Below are positions 28,742 to 43,516 of a stretch of 64,000 nucleotides of DNA, one piece after another (within the stretch, counting starts at the first letter, position 1; each line of letters opens with the position of its first letter). The notes under the pieces were generated by a model. It saw only the letters and a list, made by a program, of their open reading frames with translations. It was not told the DNA's origin and did no database searches. The DNA comes from Octopus vulgaris (taxonomy: Eukaryota): contig OX597830.1 in the NCBI GenBank assembly GCA_951406725.2, forward strand, positions 28,024,001 to 28,088,000, read 5' to 3'. A program made the position numbers and the translations under genes.

Positions 28742-29436
28742 AGCGCATATGGTTGAAAATTGTGCAAAGAGAAAAACAGAAGACAAAGATAGGGGGAACA
28801 AAACACAATGTCTAGACTACTCAGACGATGTGTAAATTCCAGTGGAAGAGGCTTAATTCTGGGTTAGAAACCGGTTCTTTTATTTTCATGAGAAATTTCG
28901 AAAATATAACCGAAAGCTCATACACGAATACTTACATACATTGAGAAATCAAGGTGTAATCAGGCACATAACAGAAAAAAAGCATACTTTCGTACATATA
29001 GAAACAGATTACCAACATTAAACAGAAAACAGAAGAAAAACCAGGGTACCTATCTAGATAGACATACCGACGTACAAATAAGAGGTTCATAAAAAACTTG
29101 CTGTACGTAAGCATGTGTTACTAAGTGGCTCCGTGTAATTAGCAACAGTCAACATAACTGCTTCATTTACTAGTTTCTTATCTGCCTTCTATTAAAATTA
29201 TTAACAACGGTTACAGACTAAACATATTTAACGTCTCTGTTTTATGGTTATGGGTGGGAAACCGCTCAGCCTAAAAGACTTAAGTAGCTACCTAGATATT
29301 TCTATATCTATATAACTACCACCCACTTCAAATAAATCTCGAGTATGTCACGACATCAGGCAGACGTGGGATAAATGTATGTTCTGTGGTTTTTGTTCTT
29401 ATTCTTTTTGCGAGTGTGTATATACGTATATATATA

Positions 29437-29543
<107 letters not shown>

Positions 29544-29912
29544 GTATATATATATGTATATATATATATATATATATACATATACATACATATACATTTA
29601 TTTATTACACACACACACGCACACACACACACACACATATATATATGTAGGTATATATATAAACACATACACATATATTCATATGTATATACACTCATAT
29701 ATGTATGTCGGAATATGTTTATATGTATATAATTGCATGTGTCTGCCTCCAAAATCAAACATTCTCATATATAAGTACAATCACATAAGGATCTACATTT
29801 ATACATGAATGCATATATACATACATACATATACATACAAACATGAATGCATATATACATACATACATAATACATACATACATACATACATAATATGCAT
29901 ATATATATATAT

Positions 29913-29964
<52 letters not shown>

Positions 29965-30182
29965 ACAGCACATATAAATAGATATGTGTGCGTATATGTA
30001 CTAAAGAATGATTTGTTTTTGATAAATACGTTATATTGCCATATTGCATCCATACCCTCATGTGCACATTGTTCTTTCTCACTTCATCTCTCTTTCTTTT
30101 CCATACGTACATACATGTGTACATTCCAACATACATACATACATATATACATACATTCATGCATACATACACACACACACAT

Positions 30183-30256
<74 letters not shown>

Positions 30257-30734
30257 ATACACACATATATACTTGTGTGGATTTGTGGGTGCAAATGACT
30301 GTATTTAAGCTGTATACTTTGAGAAATTTAGATAGCATTCCACTAATGAAACTCTAATCAAAGAAACCTTCATTAATCCCTTAACACACACTAATGGTCA
30401 ATGAACTATTCTAACCAATCTAATATAGTAAAACATAGAACAATACTAACAGAGTACAACTTAACTAATATACCACAGGTATGTCTTATAGCACTTGTAT
30501 TAAAAGTACTAAATTTAACATAATCATTTGAAAACTAATTGCAGTTCAGTCTCTATGATTATTAGAATTGTTTAATTGAGTAGTGTTTAATGAAACTATT
30601 ATCAAAACCTCGTAAAACAGAACACAGATGTTATTACAAGAAACAATGAAATAGTATCACATGTTATGTGCTCTGAGCTGTTTTGTTAGATAAACAAATT
30701 TTTAAATCAGTTTTAAAATTTTGTGATTGTAAAA

Positions 30735-31225
30735 AGAAGGTAAAGGGCCCCTTTGGTCATGAGTGACCATGGGATTGCACCTAGAATGTTTACCTCCGAG
30801 GTACAAGTCCGGACAAGGTTGTTTATGGAAGGCCACCAGTCGCCCATACATAGCAGCCTCCCCTTTCATTACAATACTCCAGAAGTTTTATTAAACATAT
30901 TTACCCGATCCTACTTCCTTCTCTGTATCTCTCTTTCCTTCTTTTCTCTTACCTCTCTCTCTTTCTTTCTTTCTTTCTTTCTCTTTTTTCTCTTTTTTCT
31001 CTCCCTTACACTCAGGGGTATTCAAGATGAAATACGCTACAGAGAAAGGCAAACGCCCATACAGCTTGGCATCTGCGACATCGCAACTCATTTCTTCAGC
31101 TAATTGAACTCGTGCAACGCATATTAAAGTGTCTTACTCAAGAGCACAATACACAGCCCGTTCCGGGAATCGAATTCACTACTTTATGATTGTATGTCCG
31201 ACGCTCTAACCACTGAACCATGTGT
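30735..31225 (-). mobile_element. family C-related SINE with CCTTTACC-type tail, interrupted by a CT-rich tract
   Basis: Reverse tRNA head GGGAATCGAA...CTCTAACCACTGAACCATG at 31165-31222; CORE-like AAGTGTCTTACTCAAGAGCACAA; GGTAAAGG at the left end. Confidence 0.6.
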
Positions 31226-32487
31226 GTACAAATCAGCAATTAGCTATAGTTTCCTAAGCCATCTCAGGGGTGTCTGTCTTTCGGTTTCTCTTAGCAGAAC
31301 CTGGTACTGATTATAATCAAATAACTAGAAATGCATGTGCCGATCTATCAGAGGTTCCCAACAGATGGTTGATGGTGTTTTGACTCCTGTTGCCGAAAAA
31401 AAAATTTTCCATGGCATATCACTGCATGAATGACTCTTATTACAGATCAAATATTTCAAATATATATTTGAGGTGAATTCAAAGTTTGTAAACTACAAAG
31501 ACACCAAGGTTAAACTGGAGTTTGATACCAATAACAAACTGCAAGCAAGAAGACCGACAAACAAGTTATTAATGTGGTTAAGAGTTTTCCATTCCGAAAG
31601 TGAATAGGGTAAAGAATCTTTATATTTCATATTGAACACCCTTGAGTGTAAGGAAGAGTAAAAAGAGAAAGAAAGAGATAGAGAGAAAAGAGAGAGAAAG
31701 AGGCATAGAGAGAAGGAAGTACGATCGGGTAGATATGTTTAATAAAGCTTTTGGAGTATTGTAAAGAACTACAACACTTTGACGCGTTTTGGTAAGATTT
31801 AATCCTGTTATAATATCGGATCAGCAAAATTATTATAGGTCGTTCTTGGAATTAATGTACAGCCAGGTTGGTGTATGTTTCGTTGTTATTGCTTACCTTA
31901 CGGCAACGCAGGTGTATAACAATGATCAACGACAAACTGGCCGTGACCATTCTCTCTAACATTGCGTACATAACTGGGACTTAGTTTTAGATTGGGTGCT
32001 TCAGTTTTCAAGGGGAATGATGCAACCTGACGACGATTTGGTTACTATTTTTAGCAACCTTCGCCTCATCATAGGGTCCCCTTTTATCAGTTCGAAAGGG
32101 TTCCTAGTATAATTGTATAAGGGGTTGCAGTAGTCACATGGTTTATTTATGAGTTCAGATGGCGGTAATTCGATAACTGTAGAGAATATATAATTCTCCA
32201 ATTTAGTAAAAGGTGAATCAGACAGACATATAGCATTGCTGATCGTCTTCACACATAAGAATAATAAAAAAAAAATTACACACATGTATTCTCTGCCTTC
32301 CACACAAACATCTATAAACGCACATATACACATACGCAAGAGAGACTAACACACACACATACACACATATACACAACGTGTATATTTATTACCTATACAA
32401 TGATAAACAAAATAAATACGTAGTATGATCGACACTAGATTGCTAAATACTTCCAGCAGTATCTTTTAGATATATATATGTATGTAC

Positions 32488-32521
<34 letters not shown>

Positions 32522-32534
32522 ATATATATATATA

Positions 32535-32629
<95 letters not shown>

Positions 32630-33184
32630 ATATATGTGCTTGTGCGCGCCAGTAAGTATGTATGTAAAATGTCGGTATCAGTTCCTTTGATCATGTTTTC
32701 AAGATTTACCATTTCAGCATATCATTATACTATTTTCAAATGTTGTAATCACCCGTTATTGTGATGGAGGTCGTTAGCTCTTCCTATTAGCTGGTACAAA
32801 TTTCCTGCAGATTTTTACATATATTTGCCCTGTTCGTTCGAAATATATTATCACTTTTCCCTTTTCATTGTTTGTTTTTGTCTTCATTTAGTAAAAATTT
32901 TTTTGTTATTGTTGTTGTTCTTAGTATTTATATTTCAAAATGACTGCGATATATTAGTAAACAAAACATAAATATATAAATTTATCGAGAGAAACATTAA
33001 TACACATACACACACAAACATACACGCTTACATACATACATACAAACATAGACTTACATACATACAAGGATACACACATGCATACATAGATATGTATTCA
33101 ATATGTAAATAAATTATGTATTTGTACATATTCACATATGTATGTATTTTTTGCGTGTATATAATGTATATCTATATACATACA

Positions 33185-33234
<50 letters not shown>

Positions 33235-34109
33235 GTATTTGTATGTATATATACATATGTATATATATCATCCAAAATGTTAACAATATATTACTTATAT
33301 CTTAAAATCATATCTATCAAAATTTGTAGTTAGTAATCATATGTAAGATACGGAAAAATGAAAATTACAGAATGAAACGAGTACTCCGCAATTATTTTGT
33401 TCGTATGCTAAACACATCGCCAGCTAATTTCGCAGCACCAGTTCAAACAAATAATCTTTATGCGATACAAAACTCTGTATGTATGCTAAACTGAAAAATG
33501 TTGTTAGTTTCTCTTTTTCTTTTTTCTTAATTTCTATCATTTTTCTTCCATATCACATCGAACTCAAATCTGCGATATTAATAAGTATGATTTAGCCAGA
33601 CATTTGGTAATCTGTTCAATCATGGTGCAAAAAATTTCAGCACCTAATTGATTGATACTTCTTTCCGTTTTAATAGAAATGCTCTATCGATGGTTGTGCG
33701 GATAGGATTATTAGCTCATTGCCGATAGAAAGGTTCTTGGTTCGTGTAACATAACCAGCACTAGTAAATACTCAGAATTCATTGGTGCTATTTGCTGTTT
33801 TATTTTTGTGCAGAACCAACTAAGTATTGATTGAACAGACATCATACGACCAAAGGTGTTTCACCTGAGACCACCCGATGTTATGTATCATCTGGATATG
33901 TGCATGATACACATGTGCCCCTGCAGTTTTTAAGGCAGTATGGTGTGAGTCGAAAGAGGATATTTATTGATTTCTTGAAATTTTAGCAATTAGACACATA
34001 AAGGCCTTCACTATGTATCGATATTCGATAAGGTCATGGAACAAACAGCCGGAAAATCAGTAGTTTGTATGATACAACGTATACTAAATCACTTTCTGTG
34101 TAAATACTG

Positions 34110-34623
34110 TTAAACACTGTGGAAATTTCATAGTATAGTGAGATAACAAGGTAATGCCTAAGTAGGAGGGGATATGGCGGTAAAGGAGTAGGGTGAAATA
34201 TAATAATTTAAAATAAAAAAAATTAAGATAAATTAAATTAAAAAGTAAAAATAAATAGAAGTAATATTAGGTTCATAACAAAGTTTAGAGACAGAATGAC
34301 AGGTCGATAAATAGAGAGGTAGACGGATAAAGCAATCGACCAACCGATCGATGGATTGATCAATAGATAGATAGATAGATGGATAAAGAACCGTTAAATC
34401 TTTTATATCCCTAAATCTCTCACGAATATTGAGTCATCACACACCTCCTTGTACTTTAATACGTTTTATTTTATATTTTATCCTCTTTTATTTTATTTTA
34501 CTTTATTTTATTTCAACCCCCCCATCCTTTACCTTCCGAACCCCTCCCACTAACGGTTACCTTGTTATCTCACTATATTCGAACCATGTTGCTATACCAA
34601 CTCATTAACTTTCATAGTGTTTA
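34110..34623. mobile_element. fold-back/MITE-like element with long imperfect inverted arms
   Basis: TATAGTGAGATAACAAGGTAA (34134) / TTACCTTGTTATCTCACTATA (to 34577) is a perfect 21-bp inverted repeat; imperfect complementarity continues inward for ~100 bp and outward for ~25-45 bp. Confidence 0.7.
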
Positions 34624-34639
34624 CTTACTTCTTCTTGCT

Positions 34640-35000
34640 GTAAATATTGGTTTCTAATTTTGGTGAAAGGTCAGAAATTTTGTGGAGAAGAAGAGGTTAC
34701 GTTGATTACATTGATCCCCCTGAGCTTAACTGGTTCTTAATTCATGGACCCTGAAAGGAATGAACGGCAAAATTTGACCTCGGCGGGATTTGAATTCAGT
34801 ACGTAAAGACAAACGAAATACCGCTAAGTATTTATTTCTTTATTACCCAGAAGGGGCTAAACAGAGAAGGGACAAACAAGGACAGACAAACGGATTAAGT
34901 TGATTATATTGACCCCAGTGCGTAACTGGTATTTATTTAATCGACCCCGATAGGATGAAAGGCAAAGTCGACCTCGGCGGAATTTGAACGCAGAACGTAT
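34640..35000 (-). mobile_element. SINE family B composite
   Basis: GGATGAAAGGCAAAGTCGACCTCGGCGGAATTTGAA and ACAAACGGATTAAGT modules. Confidence 0.85.
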
Positions 35001-36009
35001 ATATATATATACGAAGGTTTCAACACAGTTTCTGTTTACCAAAGCCGCGGACTAATAATCCCGAGGTAGTACTCAGAAACTGTGTTGAAATCCATCGTAT
35101 GTGTATATGTATATATATATATATATGTAGATTCTGCGCGTAACTTGAGAGATGGAAGCATTTTAAAACTTCTCATTCGATGAATTACCCAGTAATTCAA
35201 AACTCCTGTCTGTTCATGTATCTTATCACAATAATTCAGCCTTTGAATTGTGTTATGGCTGTACATACCTCTGGAATATTCAATCACTTACAGGTTAATT
35301 TAATATGTAGATGGGAGTTGAGTTCATTCTGTAAGTGAATATTCGTCAAGGAAATCGACAGAAAATCCATTATTAGAGAGTTGTGGTAGCCCAGCATCAT
35401 CAGAAAATTTCGATGAGTGTTGTTTGATACTAAACATTTACAGGAACGTAGCAAAGCTGTAGAAGGAAATGCTTTGACGATTGTTTGTCCTATAAACAAT
35501 TTAACCCCTACGCTAGACTGTCACATATATATATATACCAGGAACAAATGTGTTATCGCCAACCTTTTGGCTCCAGAGCCGCCGTTTCACCAATTTATCA
35601 TTTAAGCATTTTCGTATAAAATAAACACAGGGGTTGGTTAAGCACTGGGTACTTTCTCCAGAAACGGTAAACACATAAGAAATTCATTTCTTTCTTTACT
35701 AGAAACAATTTTCTTTTTTACTAAGCAAAATGTCACTAATTTACTTAATGCTGAACATCTTGTATAATAAATATGCCAAACTTTGAAAAGGGGAAAAAGT
35801 TTTGGTTGCATTGGTTAGTCTGAGGAAATAAGGCAGCAGTCATAATAGTCAGAAAGGGAGTAAACCAGATACTGGCACTTTACAAGCTTGGAAGCGAAGA
35901 CAGCATATTTTACAATAATTGCCATACATACATACATACATACATACATACATACATACATACATACATGCAAACATACATACATACATATATATACATA
36001 CATATATAC

Positions 36010-36935
36010 ATATATGCAAAGAATATGCATGAGATGAAGAAGTGCCTTGGCCTAGTTACAACATTCTCAAAAGAATGGTTGGAGTTTGGTCAGGATAAAT
36101 GTTGTATGGTTGTGAATAGGGGGAGAACTATAAACCGGACTACTGACATCTCCATTAATGATTTGACTGTTTCCCCTATATCTAGAGAAAAAAATTACAG
36201 GTATCTATGGGTAGATGAAACTATATCTTACAATAGCACCTGTAACAAAACACGTGTCACTGAAGAATATTACAGCCGAATAAAGAAAATTTGGACCTCA
36301 GAACTCTCGGCATTCAATAAAACAGTGGCTCACAATGTGTTTGCAGTGCCAGTACTCAGACTAACATTTGGACTGCTTGATTTGACGCTTAATGTGATCC
36401 AAGCCATTGATGTGAAAACCCGAAAAATACTAACAAACACATCGGTTGTCACATATCATGTGGGTGATATCTCCGACTTTGTGGAGATATCACCCACATC
36501 ATAAGCAGCTGTCCGAAAATGTCATCATGGTATTATCTGCCGATGAAGCATGATGTTTTAGCTAGGACATTCTACAATGAAATCGGTCGGAAGGATAACC
36601 CCGAGGACAAAGAAATAAAAGTCATTGATATAGTACAAAACATAGCCACTCATAATAAAAAGGAATACGGGTGGAATGTACCAGTGAAGACCTCAATAAA
36701 ATTTAAGAACAACAGACCTGATATAATGATTTGGGACTGAGAAGAGAAACTGTGCACAGTTGTATAAATTAGCTGCCCAGCGAATGTTAAAATTTAGCTG
36801 AAGATCAATAAAAAGGAGAATACCTAAGCTGCAGTTACTCTATCCAGATTACAAGTTCAGGTTTATACCTGTAATTATTGGGGCCCTGGAATATATAACA
36901 AACTGCCTACACCCCAATCTTGAGAAATTTAGGCT
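36010..36935 (+). pseudogene. R4/Dong-like non-LTR retrotransposon remnant (RT C-terminus/thumb, CCHC knuckle, restriction-like endonuclease), internally deleted
   Basis: LEFGQDKC, NYRYL, SELSAFNKTVAHNVFAVPVL..TFG, IDVKTRKILT; RLCGDITHIISSCPKM; KHDVLA (RHD motif); NNRPDIMIWD (PD motif of the RLE); stops and frameshifts present. Confidence 0.88.
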
Positions 36936-36959
36936 TACACATATAGTATATTGTTTTAT

Positions 36960-37360
36960 TCCTTTATCCTTTTACCTGTTTAAGTCACCTGAGTACCACA
37001 ATGATGGAGCACCGCTTTAATGGAAGATATCAACCCCAGGACTTATTCTTTGTAAACCTAATACTTATGCTATATGTCTCTTTTGCCGAACCGCTAGTTA
37101 CAGGGACGTAAACACACACCAACACCTGTTGTCAAGCGATGGGGGGGGGGGGGACTCAAACACACACACATGCACACATACACACACGCACACACATACG
37201 ACTGGCTTCCATTTTCCCTCTACCAAATCCATTCACAACGCTTCGGCCTGCCCGAGTCTATTTTAGAAAACACTCGCCTAAGGTGCCGCGCAATATGAGA
37301 CTGAACCCGGAACCATGTGGTTGAGAAGCAAGCTTCTTACCACACAGCCACACCTGCGCC
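36960..37360 (-). mobile_element. SINE family A, full length, diverged
   Basis: Reverse tail and head CACACAGCCACACCTGCGCC. Confidence 0.85.
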
Positions 37361-38100
37361 TATATATGAACGCATGCATACATATATATCCTACTGCACA
37401 GGGATTCTCTCGTTTCACCGCTTACCTTCTCCCTCCTTTTGTCCCCCTCTTTTTATTCTCCCCAACATTCAGGTAGATAATCATAAGTACATTTACAAGT
37501 ACTTCTTTGCAATCCTGCTTATATGTATGTCTAATCAAGTGACATACATCACACAAATGAGATATGGATTTTAAGGTCACATTGAAACGAACAAATTCAT
37601 AAGACACTACCCAAACAGATACGCATACACACATAGGGGTACAGGATCATACGCAAGAATCCTTAAGTAATGCTAAATAGGTTTACAAAGAATTGCGAGC
37701 ATATGTTCACAGATACAGACATACATAGAACTATACTTAATTACCGATGCATTCACTAGAACGATTACAAAGAGCAAATTTCCAGTTTTTACTATCATCT
37801 GCTGTTAGTCAGTAACTGAATGTAAGAACTTTTACACATTTGTAATTCGCAGATGAGGGAAAAAATTCAGAAGTATAAAAGAAAATAGAACGTTGAAAAA
37901 TATAATCATGAATATGCAAAAGAAGAAAACTACAGATAAAAAAATAAATCGAAACGACGTGGGTGGCCGGAAAATTGAGTTCTTTAATCAAAAGTTTCTG
38001 AAAAAACTAGGTTCAAGTACTTTAACACTATTATAATTTGTGTGCTTTACTCACAGTTTTTTTTCTCTCTCGCATACACACGTACACATGTATGTGTGTG

Positions 38101-38132
<32 letters not shown>

Positions 38133-38253
38133 GACAAGTATATGTATGTTAGCATAATATGCGTATATAAATGATTATATACGTATATGAGCGTATATAT
38201 ACATATAAATGTATATATACATACATATATACACACACATATATATATATACT

Positions 38254-38285
<32 letters not shown>

Positions 38286-38386
38286 AATACATACACACAC
38301 ACAAATATATGAATGTGCATATACATACACATACATATTTGCAAACACAGATACATGCACATCCCTTCTTCGCACTCTTTGTCTCT

Positions 38387-38500
<114 letters not shown>

Positions 38501-39017
38501 CTAACTATCTATCTATTTATCTGTCTATCTACCTATCTCTCTGCTTATCTATGTAGCTCTCTCTCTCCTTCTATCTCTCTCTCTCTATATATATATATAT
38601 ATGTGTACCGAGGGAGATATCCGTGTGAACGTATGTCTCTCCATACGTCTGTTTAAAAAGAGAAACACTAATGTTTGTTCGAATGATGGCCAAAGAATAG
38701 AATGTTGGAAAGCACAAATGAAAGAAACGCACAAAAAGTAAAGAGGAACAAGGTACAGGTGTAAGGGCGGGAGAGGCAGTCAATGTAACTGTGACACAAA
38801 ATTAAATGTATTATAAAGGAAATGGAGCAAACTTCTTTTTTCTTTTAAACGAAGAGAAGTAAATAGAAAACATTGTAGTATGATGAGACTTTTAGAAATA
38901 AGAAGAGAAACGAAATAAATATACAGATGTGGGTGTACAGTAAACAGTTTGCTTCGCAACTTCATGGTTCCTGGTTCAGTCGCACTGTATGGCACCGGGA
39001 AAAATCAGTGGGCTTGA

Positions 39018-39452
39018 TTTAAAAAAAAAGATGGGTGAATGTAGCAAGGATGGCATGTATGAATGACGAAGCCACCTTGAGTATAATCCTATGAACCCGG
39101 AAAAATTTAAAACAGATGGTTACCTACTTGCAAACAAATGTGGTAACATGTAACATTATTGACCGTGGTTACCGTGGTTTTTCCGTAGGCTTTTATTTAC
39201 ACGGATAAACCTTATCTGCTTCCCCCTTTACACTTTACATCATGACATTTCTGTGATACACGATCCCTATTGATGTTTCTTTCTTTCCTTTTCTTTCTTT
39301 TATTTTCTTTTTTTTTCTTTCCTTTTTTTATTTCCCGTTTACGATCCCTTTTGATCGAAAACCTACCCCACTTTTTTTTCTCTCCAAAAAGAAAAGCTCT
39401 ACTTTGTAATCTGTCCCGTCTGTGTGCAACCCTGTGTGGCTAATAAAGAAAC
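39018..39452 (+). mobile_element. 3' end (last codons and 3' UTR) of the Tx1/L1-like LINE, second copy
   Basis: Colinear with 61153-61636 (AAAAGATGGGTGAATGTAGCAAGGATGGC...AATAAAGAAAC); followed by (TATC)n. Confidence 0.9.
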
Positions 39453-39453
39453 A

Positions 39454-39528
<75 letters not shown>

Positions 39529-39812
39529 TTATCTATATATCTATCTATCTGTCTGTCTAACAGCCTATCTACCTACCTATAATTTCTATCTATCCATCTC
39601 CGTTTTCATGGAACTTCAGCCCAAAAAACAAAAACAATGTTCTCTTCTAAACAACAACCCCCTCCCCAAACACCTGTATTTTATATAAATGAACAAGCTG
39701 TTTGTTCATTTCCATAATTCTATGTGACAAGTTCGAGAAAGGAACAAAAGCGCAAATAATAATAATGAAGAAATAAAAAGATTTTTTTCTAAAATTCTGA
39801 GGACTTTGTTCT

Positions 39813-39875
<63 letters not shown>

Positions 39876-40541
39876 TATACATATATATACATATTCCGAA
39901 GTTGTGTATATGTGTATAGAATAATATATTAGTTCGATAAAGTTAAAACATGGACTTGTGTTCACGATTTTTATTGTTGTATTCCAAAACTTTTTTACAA
40001 TGTTGAACTGTGTTAAACATTAAAAATATATTTTGTAATGTACATAAAGTTGAATTAGTGCTGTCAGGTGAATTTTTCGAATACGGTTTTGACCAATCTG
40101 CATGCAGCTTAAACATCACGGTTTAATCAGTTAGCTTGCATTCACATATAATGGCTTTATGAGTGAGCGAACCTAGTTGGTTTCGATCGTTTGTATTTCA
40201 GTTGGTGGGAGTTTTCTGTAATTTGATTATATTTATATGTCAAAGATATTTTTTAATCCACATTTTAACTAGTTGTTATATTGTTGTTGCTGTTTTCGTT
40301 CAGAACAGGTTTGAACAGTGTATTCGAAAAATTTAGCTTGTTGGAGTCGATTGTCAAGAACTCAACTGTCAGATAAATAAATTTCGAAATATGATGATTA
40401 CTATGAACGTATGAAAGCGCCAACTGAACTTTATGAACATTACAGAATATTTTTTAAAATAATGAACGCAATCCAACATTGTAAAATGTTTTAGATACAA
40501 TAATAAAAATGTGAAAACCGACCATATTTTAACTTTATTCA

Positions 40542-40630
<89 letters not shown>

Positions 40631-40633
40631 TGT

Positions 40634-40678
<45 letters not shown>

Positions 40679-40872
40679 ATAAATATTAGGGAATGAATCC
40701 AAAATTACAGGGAAAAATCAGATTTAGGGTTAAATCCAATTTTATAGTAAAATATTATATAATATAATTCGAGACAAAACCACTATTTTAAAACCAAACA
40801 AGGAAAGACTTAATCAATACATAAAATTTTAATATAAATTAAATAAAATAAATAAATAAAATAAATATATAT

Positions 40873-41078
40873 AAACAATTGCATCGTGGAAGGTGTTTGT
40901 AAGCCATTTAAGAAACACACAAAAACCGTTCGATTCACTTCAACATTTAAGTTTAATTTGTCAAAATATTTTAGTGACGAAAATATTTTGAGAAATTAAA
41001 CTTAAATGTTGAAGTGAATGGAACGGTTTTGTGTGTTTCTTAAATGGCTTACAAACACCTTCCATGCTGCAATTGTTT
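40873..41078. repeat. ~100-bp-arm inverted repeat with a ~7-nt loop, inside a TA-bounded insert
   Basis: AAACAATTGCATCGTGGAAGGTGTTTGTAAGCC...CAAAATATTTT mirrored by AAAATATTTTG...GGCTTACAAACACCTTCCATGCTGCAATTGTTT. Confidence 0.88.
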
Positions 41079-41128
41079 TCGTTCCAGCACACGATCTCAG
41101 TCAAATCACTTGCTATGCGAGTACATAT

Positions 41129-41211
<83 letters not shown>

Positions 41212-41212
<1 letters not shown>

Positions 41213-41379
41213 TTCGGAATGGTCATATGCCAGTTTAGCCAATAAAAACACACGCACTATATATTTGGTGTTATTTTGCTTCAGTGATATTTATTTTTTA
41301 CATTAATCTTAATCTTATTTCGGCCGTTCTTTCGTCATACTTACTTATTGGCTAAACTGGCAATATGACCATTCCGAAA
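41212..41379. repeat. ~35-bp inverted repeats about 100 bp apart
   Basis: TTTCGGAATGGTCATATGCCAGTTTAGCCAATAA / TTATTGGCTAAACTGGCAATATGACCATTCCGAAA. Confidence 0.85.
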
Positions 41380-41956
41380 TATAACAATATCTGTTTCAAC
41401 ACACGACTTCACATAAAAATCTTGCACAACAAATATTTAAACGTATATATATATTAGTTTTATTAAATCTTTTTATATCTATGGCCGAAAGAAGCCTAAT
41501 TTCACAATACTGTTAATTAGGCAGTATGTTACATATCCCAGTACCCCAATAAATGCAGGTATAAACCTGTAAACTAATATGGATAGAATAACTAGATTTC
41601 TCAGTATTTCAGCGTAAGCATTCTCTTTTTCTCGATCATTAGCTTTCCGTTAACATCTGCTCTGCAAATGATTTCTACAACTCTATACTATTTCTCTTCT
41701 GCATATATGTATGTACGTCATTATTCAGTTTATTTCAAGATTTCTTGCCAATAGTGAAAGAACCGATTTCTAACCTAGATCCAAGGCTCTTTCATTGGAA
41801 TTACAACATCAGCAGCAGGGTATTTTTGTATGTATGTATGTATGTATGTATGTATGTATGTATGTATGTATGTATGTAGGCATGCATGACCGCGTGTGTA
41901 TCGTTGGCGATTTTCTATCACCGTCTTCCCTTCCTTGGACTTTTCCTTTTTTCTAT

Positions 41957-41991
41957 ATTTCTGACGAAGAGCTTCGCTCGAAGCGTTAAAT
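41957..41991 (+). ncRNA. minimal hammerhead ribozyme motif, probably inactivated (GAAA to GAAG)
   Basis: ATTT-CTGACGA-A-GAGC(TTC)GCTC-GAAGC-GTT-AAAT; same family as 15769-15804. Confidence 0.6.
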
Positions 41992-42988
41992 GCTCCTTCT
42001 TTCTTTCCTTTCCTGTACGTCCAATACTTGTTCCGCGTCCTCGCGTTGTTGTGTTTTCTCTTTGTTCATGTTTGGATTAATTATGTATATATGTATGTAT
42101 GTACGTATGTATGTATGAGTGTATGTATGTATGTACAGATTCCTATCTTTTATGTATGTATCCTCATGCATATAGATGCATATCTAGACATCCTCATGTA
42201 TGTATTATGTATGTATGTATGTATGTATGTATGTATGTATGTATGTACATACGTACGTATATTTGTATATATGTATGTATGTTATGTTGGGTGAACCTCT
42301 CCATTAGTGACAGTGTGAACTGAAGGTTTGACAGCTATTTCTAGTAGCCCCCCTCAAAAATTTCACCCTTTTCAAGCTCAAATGTTGGAGCATGCTGCAC
42401 TTATTGCTATAGAGATTGGTTGCACTTTCGTTAGACTTCCATCTTTCCTTATTAATCAACCCCCGAGACTGTTGATATTCTTTCGATTTCACGCATGGTC
42501 GGACATGTTAAGTTTCACCTACTTTCTTTCGAAATTCCGCGAATTCATTCACAGGCTTGAAACCCATATATCATTTTTTGAAGTCAGACTCCTGTTTCGA
42601 GCATGGGCCTCACTTTTAGTCTGTCAACACGTCAATTCAATTCATTTTAACAATTCTATTAACTATTTACTACCGACACAATTTATCACCAGCTACTTTT
42701 GACCTTTAGGCTACATCCCAAATCATACTTGGTTACATACCAACAATATTTTGCTGAATCTGTTGTATGACGTTCATTTATTTGATTAATTGTTGATTGA
42801 TCGCTTACACCCGTAATCTGAACTTCTGTGTATGCGTGTGCGCGTCAGTGTGTCGATAGGTGTGTACCTGGGTAAGTGTATGTCTATGTATGTACATACA
42901 TATAAATATATGTATCTATCTATATGTATGTATGTATGTATGTATGCATGCATGGGTGGATGAATGGATGGAGGATTATACACACACC

Positions 42989-43054
<66 letters not shown>

Positions 43055-43177
43055 GGGTAAAGACTATATATATATATATATAAGTTCAGCAAAATTTAGA
43101 TTCAGATGAATATGGTACTTAAGTTAAAGGCACCAGAGTTTTGTATGGTATTATCCATATAAATCAAATGGGGTGAT

Positions 43178-43435
43178 TATAATCAAAATAAGCAACAAGG
43201 ATGTCCAAGGTAGAGTAGTACAATTGTTTCATGCTACTTCATTTTATTAAACACTGTAAGTATCGAGCAATCTTCAGCCACATATAGAATTTTTCAATTA
43301 AACGGACAATACACATTCTTAAGGATAAGATTGCTCGACATTTTAAAACTGATGTAATACTTACAGTGTTTAATAAAATGAAGTAGCATGAAACAATTGT
43401 ACTACTCTACCTTGGACATCCGTGTTGCTTATTTT

Positions 43436-43442
<7 letters not shown>
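43178..43442. repeat. ~85-bp-arm inverted repeat (Penelope-like terminal remnant); a solo arm recurs at ~57180-57260
   Basis: ATAATCAAAATAAGCAAC...AAACACTGTAAGTAT mirrored at 43357-43442; inner TCGAGCAATCTT/AAGATTGCTCGA; partial HHR core CTGAAGA on the minus strand at ~43271. Confidence 0.85.

Positions 43443-43516
<74 letters not shown>

Noticed and set aside
42328-42702. 124-aa non-repetitive ORF
   Set aside because: Non-ATG start, no recognisable motif, no splice evidence
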